Assembly (NCBI RefSeq): GCF_009914755.1
Contig: NC_060926.1
Strand: one strand, 5' to 3'
Source of the DNA: the human T2T-CHM13v2.0 reference genome, Homo sapiens
DNA: 64,000 nucleotides
Part shown: positions 13,802 to 29,430 of the stretch, piece by piece
Numbering within the stretch: position 1 is the first letter of the stretch
Layout of the letters: each line of letters opens with the position of its first letter
Notes under the pieces: model-generated
Databases searched by the model: none
What the model was told of the DNA's origin: nothing
What the model saw: the letters and a program-made list of their open reading frames with translations, nothing else
Translations under genes and position numbers: made by a program

Positions 13802-14719
13802 CACACTGGTATTCTTTACCATCATCAGCTAACCTTGCCTTAGAAGTGAGTAATTAATTCATGTCTGCTGATTAAAGGACTCATTGTCAGAACATTTGGT
13901 GGACACGTAAACACAGAGACACAGAAACAGCATCCTCGCCTTTAAGGAATTCTCTAAGAGACTAAGATGACAAATGAAAATGGAAAATGGAAAATGAAGA
14001 CAGAGAATGGGCTTAAAAAGTGGGAAAAGTGGAGAGCAGTGTGTGGATGCCCTCATCACAGCCAATGACCCAAGGGCCAGTGCTGTGTTTTGTGTCACAG
14101 GCCAAGGCTCTGGGACAAGCCCCTAAACTCTCAAAGACATGTATGTTAATTTTCTCCAGATTCAGCCCTTCACTTTGTGTGCTTTAAAGCAAAATGTGAC
14201 TTAAAACACTAGTGGAAAGCAAACATCATCTTGCTACATCTCAGACCTTTTTCTGTGCTAGAGAAGACAAGTGGCACATTTCCTTATATGTCTTTCTGCA
14301 TGTTTCTAAATTGAGGCCTTTGAAGGCAACCAGCATATCCATTCCTCTTCAAAGAAGATTTAGTCGTTACCCTGTGGGTTTGATTATTAGATTGATTTTG
14401 CAAATATTGATGTTTGTTAATTAATTTTTTAAAATATTTCTACTTAGCTTTAGAGCTGAGAAAATTCATTTTGCTAAGTGTCACCTGAGAATGGGAAGAG
14501 AGATGCCAAATTTTTAAATCTCAGTGTTGTAATTATTTTTTCCCAAATGTAAATTTCATAGCAAAAAAAACCCCAAATTTTGCTCTGTATGTTTCTTTCC
14601 AGAACCATGAAACTTAAAGAATATAAAGGAAATGTAAATTTAGGCAGTGTTCATTCATCAAATACAAAATATCCAAATGAATATTTGAATTTAATTTGTG
14701 ATATTACAATAATAATATT

Positions 14720-14860
14720 GCTATGTATCTCTGTTAAAAGGCACTTACAATGTGCCAGATACTTTATCTACCTCCCATATATTATTATCCCTTCTTTTGC
14801 AGATGAGGAAAGCTGTGGCCCAGAGAGGTAATTAACTGGTTCAATTTTATGTGGCAGAAC
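14720..14860 (-). mobile_element. MIR fragment
   Basis: gcacttacaatgtgccagatac...attattatcccttcttttgcagatgaggaaagctgtggcccagagagg. Confidence 0.75.
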
Positions 14861-15739
14861 AACTACTCAAAAGAAATCACCACACTACATCATTAAGAAT
14901 GCAACATCAGGCACTCTGTATTTAATATGAAGGGGCTCAAGGTATTCATATATATGAAAAATCTATTGTAAAATCTGATATCAATTTGCTCCTTCTTCTC
15001 GCTAAGAATATAGATTAAAAAGCAAAAGAGAAACATGGAAGTCTCTCCATGTCTGTTGAAGATTTTTCTTGAATCATTTCTTTTGTTTAGACCCTCTAAT
15101 ATGACCCCGAAAACTGCTAACCATAAGATCTCCTTATCCCCCACACCCACCACCATCAACATTGAATTATTTACTAAGATTATGTTTTTCTTTTGTCAAG
15201 GGGCTTATAAATGAATTTTCCATTATTTTCTCTTTTATATATATGAAGAATTTACTCAAAAGTCTTTAACCATAGATTTCTATAAACCATTTTTCTTTCA
15301 ATAAGCACTTTTAATATTAATGTATTGAATTGATTTCTGCTTTGCTCTTAACGCATGGTGCTGTCTCCATTCTTTTTGTTTTAACTGAGCTCTCTTTATT
15401 TGATCCTTTGAATTCTCCCTCATCCAGCCCTCTATCTATTCACAGTGATAAGAATGTGCCTGATTTCAAACACAGGAAAATTAGGATTAAAATGGAGAAG
15501 CCCAATTTATTTTCAAAAATAAAACTTTATAACCAGAACAAATTTTGCTCCACAAAATATTATGTCTTAAAGAGACATAATACCATATCCTTAAAATTTC
15601 AGATTCTGTATTAAGATTTGTACATTTTCTTAAATGTAACAAAATTTTGCCATTATGTGTTTATCCTACTTGCATGATCAATAACCTCCAGCATTTTCCT
15701 CATGAACTCCTATATTTTCCACTGGGGAGTCAGCGTTGT

Positions 15740-15900
15740 GTTCATCCATTCGTTTGTTCATGCATTTGACAATTATGAATAAATGGAATCATTCAATAAT
15801 AGCATATTGTATCCCTCTTGTGTGTCAAATATTATCCAAAACACTGGGAATAAGATGGTAAATGATATGCTACCCTTACCCTCAAGAAACTGGTCATTTT
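15740..15900 (-). mobile_element. L2 3' end fragment
   Basis: ttcatccattcgtttgttcatgc...acactgggaataagatggtaaat...cttaccctcaagaaact. Confidence 0.55.
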
Positions 15901-16054
15901 CTTGATGACAGTGAAGTCAATTGATGATTCCATTTGTGCCTGTGTCTTCTGCTCTGTGCAATCCAAGGCTTTTTTGGGAAGTGTTTCCTCCCTATCAGAA
16001 GTCACAGATGACTTGGTAGAAGAAGGGAATTATAAATTAAGACAATGACCTTGG

Positions 16055-16175
16055 ACCTTGGAGCCATAGAGACATAAGTTTGAGTTTCAGCTAACCAAAA
16101 CTCTGCTCTTAGAACTCTGTGAGCTTCCTCATCTGTGAACAACTGTTGATATAACCTATTTTAAAAGACTGTGGC
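16055..16175 (+). mobile_element. MIR fragment
   Basis: ggagcc...tttgagtttcagct...cttcctcatctgtgaac. Confidence 0.5.
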
Positions 16176-16179
16176 TTAT

Positions 16180-16592
16180 GTCTTGGGTACACACTCTTGT
16201 TCTCTCCTGGCTCTGTCTTTACACCTTTGGTGTCTTCTCTGTGAGATCACTCTGCCATGGGGGAAGTAAGAGGTCCTATGGAAAGCCCCAAATGACAAGG
16301 CAAGGATATGAGATCTTCTATCCAACAGTCTGTGAGGAGTGGAATCCTTCTGAAAATGACACAGGTGAGCCTGGATGCAGATTCTTTCATCCCACTTGAG
16401 TCTGGAGACAACTGCAGCCCTGGATGACAGCTTAACTGCAACCTCATGACAGACCTTGAGCCAGAAGCCCACAACTCAGGGGCACTTTGATGTGTCACCC
16501 GCAGAAATTGTGAGACACTAAATAAATATTTGTTGTTTTAAGCCATTCAATTCAGGATAATTTATCATGCTGCAATATGCAAATGAATACGC
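16180..16592 (+). mobile_element. MLT1 (MLT1E/F-like) ERVL-MaLR LTR
   Basis: actgcagccctgg...actgcaacctcatgacagaccttgagccagaa...cagaaattgtgaga...aataaatatttgttgttttaagcca. Confidence 0.75.
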
Positions 16593-16642
16593 AAGTGATG
16601 TGCAAAGTTTGTAAAAGAAAAGATGTTAAGAAGTGCCTAAGT

Positions 16643-16989
<347 letters not shown>

Positions 16990-17199
16990 TTAGTGAGTCA
17001 GGGAACACTGAGGACAAACCAGGTTTGGAATAGACATGAAAAGGTTGGTAAGGACCATGGCAAACATAAAACATCAACTAAATATCCCAGGGAAATGTCA
17101 GGTATAGCTGCTTATATGAACTTGAAAATGGTGGAAGACACTATGGATAAGGTAAAAATCCAGGGGCTGTCAGCTGACCTTTAACTTCACAGACTTAAT

Positions 17200-18700
<1,501 letters not shown>

Positions 18701-18759
18701 GGGCACTATATCTTATAGTGCCTATCACAGTAAAATACGTACCTCAAAAATAAGGTCAA

Positions 18760-19059
18760 AGCCAGGTGCGGTGGGTCACGCCTGTAATCCCAGCACTTTG
18801 GGAGGCTGAGAAGGATGGATCACCTGAGATCAGGAGTTTGAGACCAGCCTGGTCAAGATGGTGAAACCCCATCTCTACTAAAAATACAAAAATTAGCAAG
18901 GCGTGGTGGCAGGCGCCTGTAATCGTAGCTACTCAGGAGGGTGAAGGGGGCTTCAGCCCGGGAGGCAGAGGTTGCAATGAGCCGAGATTGCACCACTGCA
19001 CTACAGCCTGGGTGACGAGAGTGAGACTGTGTCTCAAAACAATAAAAATAAAAATAAAC
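18760..19059 (+). mobile_element. AluS (Sx-like)
   Basis: Both arms, gatcacctgag..caggag; TSD aaataag(g/a)tcaa at 18748-18759 and 19060-19071. Confidence 0.93.
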
Positions 19060-19609
19060 AAATAAGATCAACATGAGACATTTGTACAGGGGCATACAGT
19101 AATCTTTGAAGGGCTCCTGCTTAATTCTTGATGTGGGTAAAAGACAAAAACAACTCAGCCTTTTATTTTAACTCGGATGATGAAGATCCTCAGGCAGTGT
19201 TCTTCAGCAAACAGTGCTTGTGAGACACTAAGAATGCATATGGCACATTCAAAATGCCCTTTTCCCATATTTGGTCATCATTGAATTCAAACAAACAAAC
19301 AAACAAACAAACAAAACATTTTGGAAATTTTATCAAGTTTCTATCAGCTCATTAATACTCTTTTCATCTTCCATTTTCAGCAGTTTGATTTAGTTGATGT
19401 TTCTAATTTACATAGAGACAACATTTTTAATTGATTTAATCCCAGCTCCTGTCTTTCTAGCAAGCCTACTGCTATTTATTGATGTTCATTAATATATGCA
19501 GATCTTGGATTACAGCTTTGCTAGCCAAAAGTTCTCCTTTTGGGTGATCTTTCCTTTTATACCAGGTTTTAACGATTTTCCCTCTGTGCCTGATGCTGGC
19601 AGCCTAATC

Positions 19610-20030
19610 TGAATTCATTAATTTATTAATTCATTTATTCAAAGTGTTGATTGAATATTTAATAAGTCCCAAGAGACATATCAGGTTTGTTTGTTGGGGA
19701 AAAATGACGATACACAAATAATAGGAAGGGAGAAGATACCCTCATATCACGTGGTGCCGGAAGATACCTCTGATGAACAGCCTTTAGGCTGAGGCCCGAA
19801 GAAGGAAAACAGCTTCATAGAAAGTGTAGAATGTAGGGATTTCCAAGAGTTAGAAGTAATATGTGAAAGTGCCTTTGTCTGGGAAGAGTTGTGCTTGCCT
19901 GGAGCTTGGTGGAGCATGGGAAGTGTGGAATGCAGACTATTGGAAAGTTTGGCAGGGACTTGCACACATGGAATTTTGAGACAAGGATGACAAGTGTGAA
20001 CATTTTCCAATGTGCAATGGAAATGAGTGG
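19610..20030 (-). mobile_element. L2 3' region fragment
   Basis: attcattaatttattaattcatttattcaaagtgttgattgaat..., then antisense L2 purine-rich sequence. Confidence 0.5.
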
Positions 20031-20049
20031 AAATTAGCACAGAAGACAT

Positions 20050-20185
20050 AGAGTCAGGTGGATCTGATTAGGAGCTCCATTGCCAATGCTTGCCTTTTAT
20101 GAGGCATTTAAGTGGTTTGATCTTTGGATCTGCTCTCTGTAGAACAGGAATTATAACTCATGGTGTTTAAAGGATCGGGGCATGG
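20050..20185 (+). mobile_element. MIR fragment
   Basis: gagtcaggtggatctg...ctctctgtagaacaggaattataactcatgg. Confidence 0.45.
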
Positions 20186-20367
20186 TAAAGAACACAGCAA
20201 GATGCTGGCACATCTCAACATGTGCGTTTTCTTGAATTTGCTGAAAATTTTATGATTTATATTCGGTAATTCAAGCTTTGTAAGGTGCATGTAAATAATA
20301 AATGCATACAAAATTGTACTTTATTAAGGGAGGCAAGAAGAACATCACGTATTGAAACTTTTTTCAG

Positions 20368-21080
20368 ATTTTTTGATAAATAAATTCCATATAGTAATAT
20401 TCACTGTGTTAAGGTAAACAGTTCATTTGGGCAAATTTATAGTCATTTACCAGTATCATAATCAAAATAGAAAACAGCCCCATATACCAAAACAATTCCT
20501 TCCTGTCCCTTTTTAATCAGTCCCTTCCCTCCGCCAGAGGATAGGCCCCTGGCAAAATGATTTTTTTTGCCATTTCTAAAATATTATATAAATGAAATCA
20601 TGTAATATGTGGTGTTTTCTAATTTCTTTCACTTAACATAAGGTTTTGAAATTCATCTCTATTGATGCATGTATTAATAGTTCATCCATTTTTTATTCCT
20701 GAGAATATTAGATTATATGGTTTCCATTCACCAGTAGATGGATGTCAAAATTATTTCCAACTAATTGTCGTTTAGGTTGTTTTTGGCTATTTTCAATAAG
20801 ATTGCTATAAACACCTATGTACAGGTCTTTTGGGAAATGTATTTTAATTTCTATTTGATAACTTCCTAGGGATAGGTTCACTCAGTCTTGAGATGATTCT
20901 ACATTTAACTTTGGAAGAAACTGTAAAACTGCATGCCAAGGTGGCTGTACCCTTTGGCCTTCACACCAGCAGTGTGTGAGAATTCCAGCTACTCTGCTTA
21001 TTCACCAGCATTTAATACTGTCTTTTAAAAATTTTTTTGGTGAATTTACTTGGTTTGTAATGATATCTCATTAATTCTTA
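20368..21080 (-). mobile_element. Old L1M (L1MC/ME-like) 3' fragment
   Basis: L1 3'UTR/ORF2-end motifs: tttcacttaacata, gctataaacacctatgtacaggtctt, ccaaggtggctgtacc, caccagcagtgtgtgagaattcc. Confidence 0.75.
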
Positions 21081-21179
21081 TAAGATGTAAGTCAATTCAG
21101 TTTGTGACTTTACCAAATTGAATTACTATTGAAGTCAAAGCAGCTAAAATATTCTTCTTTCTTTCTATTCCTCTAACTT

Positions 21180-21412
21180 TCATTCATTCAGCAAATATTC
21201 ATTCAGTGCCTACTAAGAGTTCTTAAGGAGTTCTGAAACCAGAATGTAACAACTGCTTAAAAAAGCCAATGGCTTTGTGAAAATACAGTTGTTACACAAA
21301 AGAGTTTGCCTAATGTAGCCCAAAACAAGCTTTAATAGATGAGAAGGAGTTTGCCAGTGATGTAGAATGATGAAGACATTCAGTCAGAGTGGTAACATAT
21401 AAATGCCCAAAG
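21180..21412 (-). mobile_element. L2 3' end fragment
   Basis: cattcattcagcaaatattcattcagtgcctacta. Confidence 0.6.
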
Positions 21413-21418
21413 GCATTT

Positions 21419-22380
21419 TGTTGTGGGAAGTCAGGGACCCCAAACGGAGGGATCTGCTGAAGCCATGACAGAAGAACATAAATTGTGAAGATTTCATGGA
21501 CATTTATCACTTCCCTAATCAATACTCTTATAATTTCCTATGCCTGTCTTTAATCTCTTAATCCCATCATCTTCGTAAGCTGAGGATGTATGTCACCTCC
21601 GGACCCTGTGATGATTGTGTTAACTGCACAAATTGTTCGTAAAGCATATGTGTTTGAACAATATGAAATCTGGGCACCTTAAAAACAGGATAACAGCGAT
21701 TTTCAGGGAACAAGGGAGATAACCTTAAAGTCTGGCTGCCTGTGGGCTGGGCAAGACAGAGCCATATTTCTCTTCTTACAAAAGCAAATAGGAGAAATAT
21801 CGCTGAATTCTTTTTCTCAGCAAGGAACAGCCCTGAGAAAGAGAATGCGTTCCTAGGGGGAGGTCTCTGAAATGGCCCCTTTGGGAATGTCTGTCTTATA
21901 CAGTTGCAGATAAGGAATGAAATAAGCCCTGGTCTCCCATAGCGCTCCCAGGCCTATTAGGAGGAGGAAATTACTGCCTAGTAAATTTTAGTCAGACCGG
22001 TTGTCTGCTCTCAAACCCTGCTCCTGATAAGATGTTATCAATGACAATATGTGTCCGAAACTTCATTAGCAATTTTAATTTTGCCCCGGTGCTCTGCCCC
22101 CATTTGCCTTGTGATATTTTATTGCCCTTGTAGCATGTGATCTCTGTGACCCACACCCTATTCATACACCCCTCCCTTTTTGAAATCCATAATAAAAACT
22201 TGCTGGTTTTTGCGGCTTGAGGGGCATCACGGAAACTGCCAACATGTGATGTCTCCCCCGGACACCCAGCTTTAAAATGTCTCTCTTTTGTACTCTTTCC
22301 CTTTATTTCTCAGACCGGCTGACACTTAGGGAAACAGAAAAGAACAAACATTGAATTATCGGGGGTGGGTTCCCCCAATA
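21419..22380 (+). mobile_element. MER11 (MER11B/C-like) solo LTR of HERV-K(HML-8)
   Basis: Starts tgttgtgggaagtcagggacccc, ends gggggtgggttcccccaata; AATAAA at 22191; 6 bp TSD gcattt/gcatta. Confidence 0.92.
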
Positions 22381-22534
22381 GCATTAGCTTCTTTAATCTA
22401 CATATAATTAGGGTACAAATTGAGGAGTGCAGATTTTGCCAACTGGTGACTTGATCCTCTTTATCTGAAATGTGGGTGTCAGAGGCAGTTGCGCATTCAC
22501 TAAGAATGGAAATAATCCTTCCAGAAAGACCTTA

Positions 22535-22630
22535 TATGTCTGTGTATGTGTGTGTGTGTGTATATGTGTGTGTATATACATATATACGTATTGTGATTGT
22601 GTGTCTGTAATGTGTGCGCACATGTATATG
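22535..22630 (+). repeat. (TG)n/(TA)n microsatellite
   Basis: tgtgtatgtgtgtgtgtgtgtatatgtgtgtgtatatac. Confidence 0.9.
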
Positions 22631-23054
22631 AAAAACAGCATATATGACTTTCTCCATTACAGAGTAGTAACATAGCCTTCTCAATGATGGTAGTCACCAA
22701 TTCAAAAAATCTGGCATTATTCAGTCTCTCCTTACTTGTCAAGATTTGATATCTGGTGCACTTTATCTATAGTAAAAACAGAGTCCCAGATCCCCAAAGA
22801 CAGATGAATATGTTTTCTGCTACCAACTGACTGATTTCCTCACCATCCCCCTTCAGAATTATTAAACTCACTTCAGGTTGGCTTGACAGTTCTGGTCAAT
22901 GCTGATCAATTCTCTGTTTGATGATATACAACACTTATATAATATGATCTATTTTAGATTTACAATTTAATATAAAGCATAAATTATGTATATTATTAGT
23001 TAATTATGCATGCAAGCCTTATTTTTGAAACAGGAATATAGAGGAAACTCATCA

Positions 23055-23200
23055 TTGTAGCAGAACAAGCACTTGATTTGGAGTCAGAAGAAAATTGGGT
23101 TAGAATCTTAATTGTCCAGCTTACTGGTAATTTAAATTTGTGAAAGTTACTAAACCAGTTGGTTTATAATCTATAAAGGAGCCATATGGATACCAAACTC
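23055..23200 (+). mobile_element. MIR fragment
   Basis: agcacttgatttggagtcagaag...tgggttagaatc...aagttactaaacc. Confidence 0.6.
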
Positions 23201-23599
23201 AAAGACTCTGTTATGTGTGCTGATTGGTGATTGGTAAGCTTTGTGACTGGCACATAGCTAGAGGTAATTATCAGTCACATCTGAGAATAGGCATATGAGA
23301 TTCAAATATTTTATCTCTAACAGTGCTCAAAAATGTAATAGTGAAAATACCAACTGAAATTAGATATAAGCAGAAATCAAAAGTAATCTATTTATCTCAT
23401 AGCACATGGGGTATATGGATTGACAGGCATGTGCTAAATTTAATAATGTCTTTCAATTCAATTCAATTCAAGTATTGAATTAAATTAAATTAAATGTAAT
23501 CATAGGGGAAAATGGTAGCATAGAAAATCTTCCTAAATTCCTAAAACAACTGAGTAACCAAAATAAACAAATGTGGAAAATTCCTATTAGTACTGATTT

Positions 23600-24240
<641 letters not shown>

Positions 24241-24891
24241 GGATTCCATTCTATTAGAAAACCACGGGCCTGAAGAATATGAGACCATTTGGGGGAATAG
24301 AGAATATACCTAATGAATACTCTAATGCATGCACACATCCTCAAAATTCAAAAATTTTATTTTCCCAAATGTGATGGAGGTGCATGAAAATTGAAAGAAG
24401 ATCCTAGAATTCTTTCCATTGAAATTTTCTTATTTTAAAGAGGATCCCAAGATTATAAGACACAACTATTACCACTGAATGGGCAATAAACGTTAATGGC
24501 ATGTGGAAAGCTGAGAACTTTTTACTCTAATTGGGAAGGGCAAGTACAGAACAAGACAGGGAAATTAGCATATATTAACAACATTTCACTTGGAGCAAAA
24601 GATTACATATTTAACGAAGCTATATATATATATTTTCCCTAGGATTCTTTAATACATGGACAGAATGTACTAACCCTAATGAGGAATATTTTCTAATCTA
24701 GTGGACCAAGAACAGGCAGAACACTGGAGAGACAAGAATCCTGTGCTCAGAGTCATGTTCACCTCTGTCAACTGATGATAATGAAGACAATGATCCCATA
24801 TTTACCCAACAGAAAACTAGTTGGCTAATGGGCTTCCTAGGAAACCAAAGAAAAATACAGAAACAAAGTTACTTTGTAAAACAACTCATGA

Positions 24892-25219
<328 letters not shown>

Positions 25220-26534
25220 TCATTTTCTTAGTTAATAATATAGATCTAACTTATCTAGGCCTCCACGTTAAATTCATAACGAAGGAGCCTCAGTGCTCAG
25301 GAAAACACAAAGATTATTTAAGAAGAACTCAAACGTTATTTTCAGACAAATAGTAGATTTTGTTATATCTGGGCAATGGGAGTTTGAGTAAATAAAACAA
25401 AAACATGATTCATATAAAAATGTTTACAGCATAAAAGAAGAAAAAATAAATATAGCATGCAAAAGACGGGTGAAAAGGACTCATGGAAATTAGCTCCATA
25501 AATCATAGTAACAGTTTACACAAAAACTGCTTTGCATTTGTATCAAAGAAACATCATCTTGATGATTAATGAGATAGTACAACAAATTGAGATAAATTTG
25601 AAGCTAGTTGAGTTTTCTTTTAAAAAGTTAGGAAAATAATACTGGTAAGAAGCTGACAACTATTCGAAAAAGAAGTGCAGAATTGACATGACAAAACATT
25701 GAGTTAGAGATGTGAAGAAGGACTGTCTTGCAAGAGGACAATTCTAGAATCCATGTTAAAGTGAAAACCAACAGAAGGAGAAGATTGTGTGATGACGTCT
25801 TTGCTTGGTGATATGCAAATTTGGCCAAATATCTAGGGCTCTAGTATAGACTATGTGACTCCAGGAATAGTTGTTATAACTGACTGATAAACTGAAAAGG
25901 ACCTATGACCTCATGCCAGATATGTATCTGACAAATGCTTTTCAGGTGACCTTCAAAGTAAATTGATATCTTGCAATACACAATTTAATTAAAAAGGAAA
26001 ATGAACCAACAAATTTTATCAAATAAGAAATCCAAAGTCAAAAGTTCTGCAACAGTCCTCTAATACAAGCTTGTCCATGCCAACGGTATTAAAAGAGATC
26101 AAGATCTTTTGTCTATATTTAGAAAAGTGAAATGTTATCTTTGCCCCAAGAATGAGTTCCAATAACCTATATCTGTCATGATTTCACAAGACACTGAATC
26201 TGAAGAAGGTTTAGAAATACTTGTAAAACTCTGAATACACTTTAAATCTGAGGAAGGTTTAGAAACCCACACTCACATAATATAAATGTAATTTGAGAAA
26301 GTGGTTTGCAACTAAGATTTTTTAAAAGGAATATATAATTGTTACGAAATGTTATTTAATAACTCTTTTTTCCAGATGTGCATTAAATGTCATAGAGCTT
26401 TTGTTTTTGTTTTTTAATCTGTTATTAACTTTATGGGGCATTAATTCCAGAACTACAAGTGAGAAGAAAATGTCAATATCTATAGATTCTGGAGAAAAAA
26501 AAACTGTAAACCATGAATTGTAGTCTGGCCAGTA

Positions 26535-27535
26535 TGAAAACTGGCCCTGAGTTCCAGTCTTATATATCTTGCTGTATATTTGACTGTATTCTACTCGGAT
26601 ACCCAATAGGCATTTCAAACTAAATATATCAATGCTGAAGAAATGGTCTTTCCTAAAAACCTGCCAACTCACAGTTAATAACTTAATTCCTCAGTTGGTC
26701 AGACCCAATTTTTGGAGTTATCCTTGATTTCTCACTTTCTCACACAATTTATATCCAATGAGCCAGAAACTTCTGTCTTCTTTATCTTCAAAATGGATTT
26801 AGGATCCTACCACTTTTATGACCTCACAGCTACCACCATGATCAAGCGGCCATTTCTCTTCCAGATGATTGCAGGGCCTCTTACCTGGTCTCTTGCTACC
26901 TACTTTATACCCTTTCTCTGTTCTCTATTTGATAGCCAGAGAGATCCCATAAAATACAAGCCAGAGCATGCCCTTCCTCTGCTCAAACCTACCCCATTGC
27001 TTCTCATCTAATTCAAAGTGGAAGCTAAGGAACTTACCATGACCTGCATGACTCCACATACTCCTGCCCCAGTGCCTTCCACCCCTCATCATCACTGACC
27101 ATCACTCTTCCTCATGTTCCTGGCCTTTCAGCCCAGCTGCCTCCTTGGTATCACTCCACATACCAGGTGGTCCTCACTTGGAGCGAGGCCTTTACACCTG
27201 CTCTTCTCCTTCAGGACATTGCATTCACAGACGTTGGTGACCCTCCCTCCTATCTCCTGAAGACAATTGCCCAATGTTCACTTTTAACAGCATGCCGCCA
27301 TGTTTGAAGCCCACCTCAACACTCCCTGAGTGCTGTAGCTGTCTGGGCTCCACTGTATTTGTCTATGTCTTCTCTACTAAATGTTATATTTGTTTAATTT
27401 TTTTCATTGACAATTAAAATGTAAATGCCAGGAGAGCAAATAATTTTTCTTCTTTGCTGTATCTTCAATTCCTAAAACAGTGTCTTGCACACAGTTATGC
27501 TCAATAAAGTTTCATTCATTAAGCAAATGAATACT
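26535..27535 (+). mobile_element. L2 (L2a-like) 3' ~1 kb
   Basis: ccaataggcatttcaaactaaatatatc..., catgcccttcctctgctcaaacct, terminal gcacacagttatgctcaataaagtttc...aatgaat. Confidence 0.8.
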
Positions 27536-27559
27536 TCAGGGCAAACAAAACAAATGTTT

Positions 27560-29430
27560 AGACTTGCAGTGCTTCAGAAGCATACACCTTATGCTCTTAT
27601 TAAAATAAAAGCAAAATTTAATTTACAGTCAGCTTTCAACCTCAATTTAATCCAAAGAGAAGTCTCAAGATAAAGGAAGATGAATAAGATAGTGGGCAAA
27701 AAATTATGCCAAAACTAAAAAGATAAAAATTTCTTCAGGAATTTGCAACATAAATACCAAGTATAGATTATAGATGTATTGTAAAGAAATATTAATGAGC
27801 TAAAAATAGTGTTTTTAAATTACTCAAGCAAATGCAAAAAGTTAGAAGATGGTAAAGTTAACAGATAAATAAATGCTTCATAAATATTTTAACTTGAAGG
27901 GGGGTGAGAGAGACATAAAATGTCCTAGTTTTTAAATAATAAAGTCTAAACATAGATATAGAATTATATTATGTTATAGTGATCATCTGGGCCAAAAACA
28001 ATCAATCATTACAAAATTTCAAGAGCATTGTAGAATTTCAAATTAAGGGTCAAGAATGTTCATGCATGTGTGGAGGGGGTAGGGGGAAGCTGGTATGTGA
28101 AGAGGGGTTGAAGAAGCAGAAGTTGACCAAGTCAACCAAAGTCAGATAAATAAGGCAAATACCGTTAAAACATATCATAAGAATTTACCATAAAATATGA
28201 CAGGAACAAAAGAAAATAGTTCAATTGTTACATTAAGTGCAAAAAGATTGTATTATTCCACTAAAGAGGCATCCTGGGTTAAAAATAATATAAGTGTATG
28301 TAGTTAGAAAAAAATGACAAATCAAGGGAAGGGATGAACAATGACATAGAAAGCCAGAATAAACTCAATATTAATATCGGTAGGGTAGCCCTGAGTATTC
28401 AACTAGGAGAAGTAACGTAATGCAAACATGAAAAACAGAATTTATGAGAAGATATAACAACTCTAAATGTAAATAACAGCAGGACAACTTCATAAATGCA
28501 AGGAGACTTTAATAAAAATGACATTGGTAAATTTTAAAATAAATCTTTTGGAATTTGATAGATTGAAGAGCCTCACAACAAATTTTGAAATAAATAAATA
28601 TTTATTAAACTTTGAAACTTTGTATAGGATACATTCTTTTTTTCTTTAAGAGACACGGTCTTGCCTTGTTGCGCGGGCTGGAGTGCAGTAGTGTGATCTT
28701 GCCTCACTGCAATCTCAACCTTCTGGGCTCAAGCTATTCTCCCACCTCAGCCTCCTGAGTTGCTGGGACCACAGACACTTGCTACCATACCAGGTTAATT
28801 TTTTGTATTTTTAGTAGAGACAAGGTTTCACCATGTTGCTTAGGCTGGTCTCAAACTCCTCAGCTCAAGCGATCTACCCACCTTAGCCTCCCAAAATCTA
28901 GGATTATGGCTGTGAGCCATTGCGCCTGGCCTAGGATAAATTTTTTGTCATAACAATATCAAATGGAAATAAACAAAATAAAAACTGAGTAAGTCAATGC
29001 AAAACTGAAAAACAAACAAAACAAGTGATTATTTAGAAACTAAGAAACATTTTCCTCTAAAAAAACATGAAGGACATGTATTATTTGGAAAATTAGAACA
29101 TTTTACAGAAAAACCTTTAGGAATTTTTTCAGAGAATTCCTCACCCTCAATGTATTTACTAATAATATCAAAACTAATAATGAATTAGCATAAAAGTACA
29201 AATTAATCAAAATGAATTGTGAAGATAATTTATGAATGATACAAAAATAAATTTAAATTGGGAGGAAAATATTTCAAAGGATAAACTGAGAGCTGTTTCT
29301 TCGAAATGGCCAATTAATAGCTAAATCCCTAAAGAATCTACTTAAAGAATAAATAACAAAATAAAAACATCCCGTAGGATGAATGAAAAAAGAGAATTAA
29401 CAATGTACTTTGAAAAAAATTAGAATAGTT
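27560..29430 (+). mobile_element. Ancient L1M ORF1-end/ORF2-endonuclease remnants
   Basis: aatagttcaattgttacattaagtgcaaaaagattg...ccactaaagagg resembles the ORF2 N-terminus (ISIITLNVNGLN); A-rich; boundaries approximate. Confidence 0.6.
28637..28931 (-). mobile_element. AluJ (Jb-like)
   Basis: gggctcaagctattctcccacctcagcc; gctcaagcgatct; imperfect TSD taggata(c/a)att. Confidence 0.92.

Noticed and set aside
13127-13857. 128 aa and 102 aa ORFs
   Set aside because: They fall in the antisense 5' region of the L1MA bounded by its TSD; chance ORFs.
14580-14835. Possible exon: acceptor tttctttccag at ~14602, ATG nearby, donor-like gag|gtaatt at ~14828
   Set aside because: The 3' half is MIR, no protein similarity is recognisable and there are no partner exons; it cannot be supported without transcript data.
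25790-25822. CRE-like tgacgtc next to the octamer atgcaaat
   Set aside because: Two short motifs with no promoter or CpG-island context are expected by chance in 64 kb.
26197-26265. Repeat-spacer-repeat pattern superficially like CRISPR (also at 59975-60044)
   Set aside because: Only two copies, in primate DNA, with no cas genes; these are local duplications.
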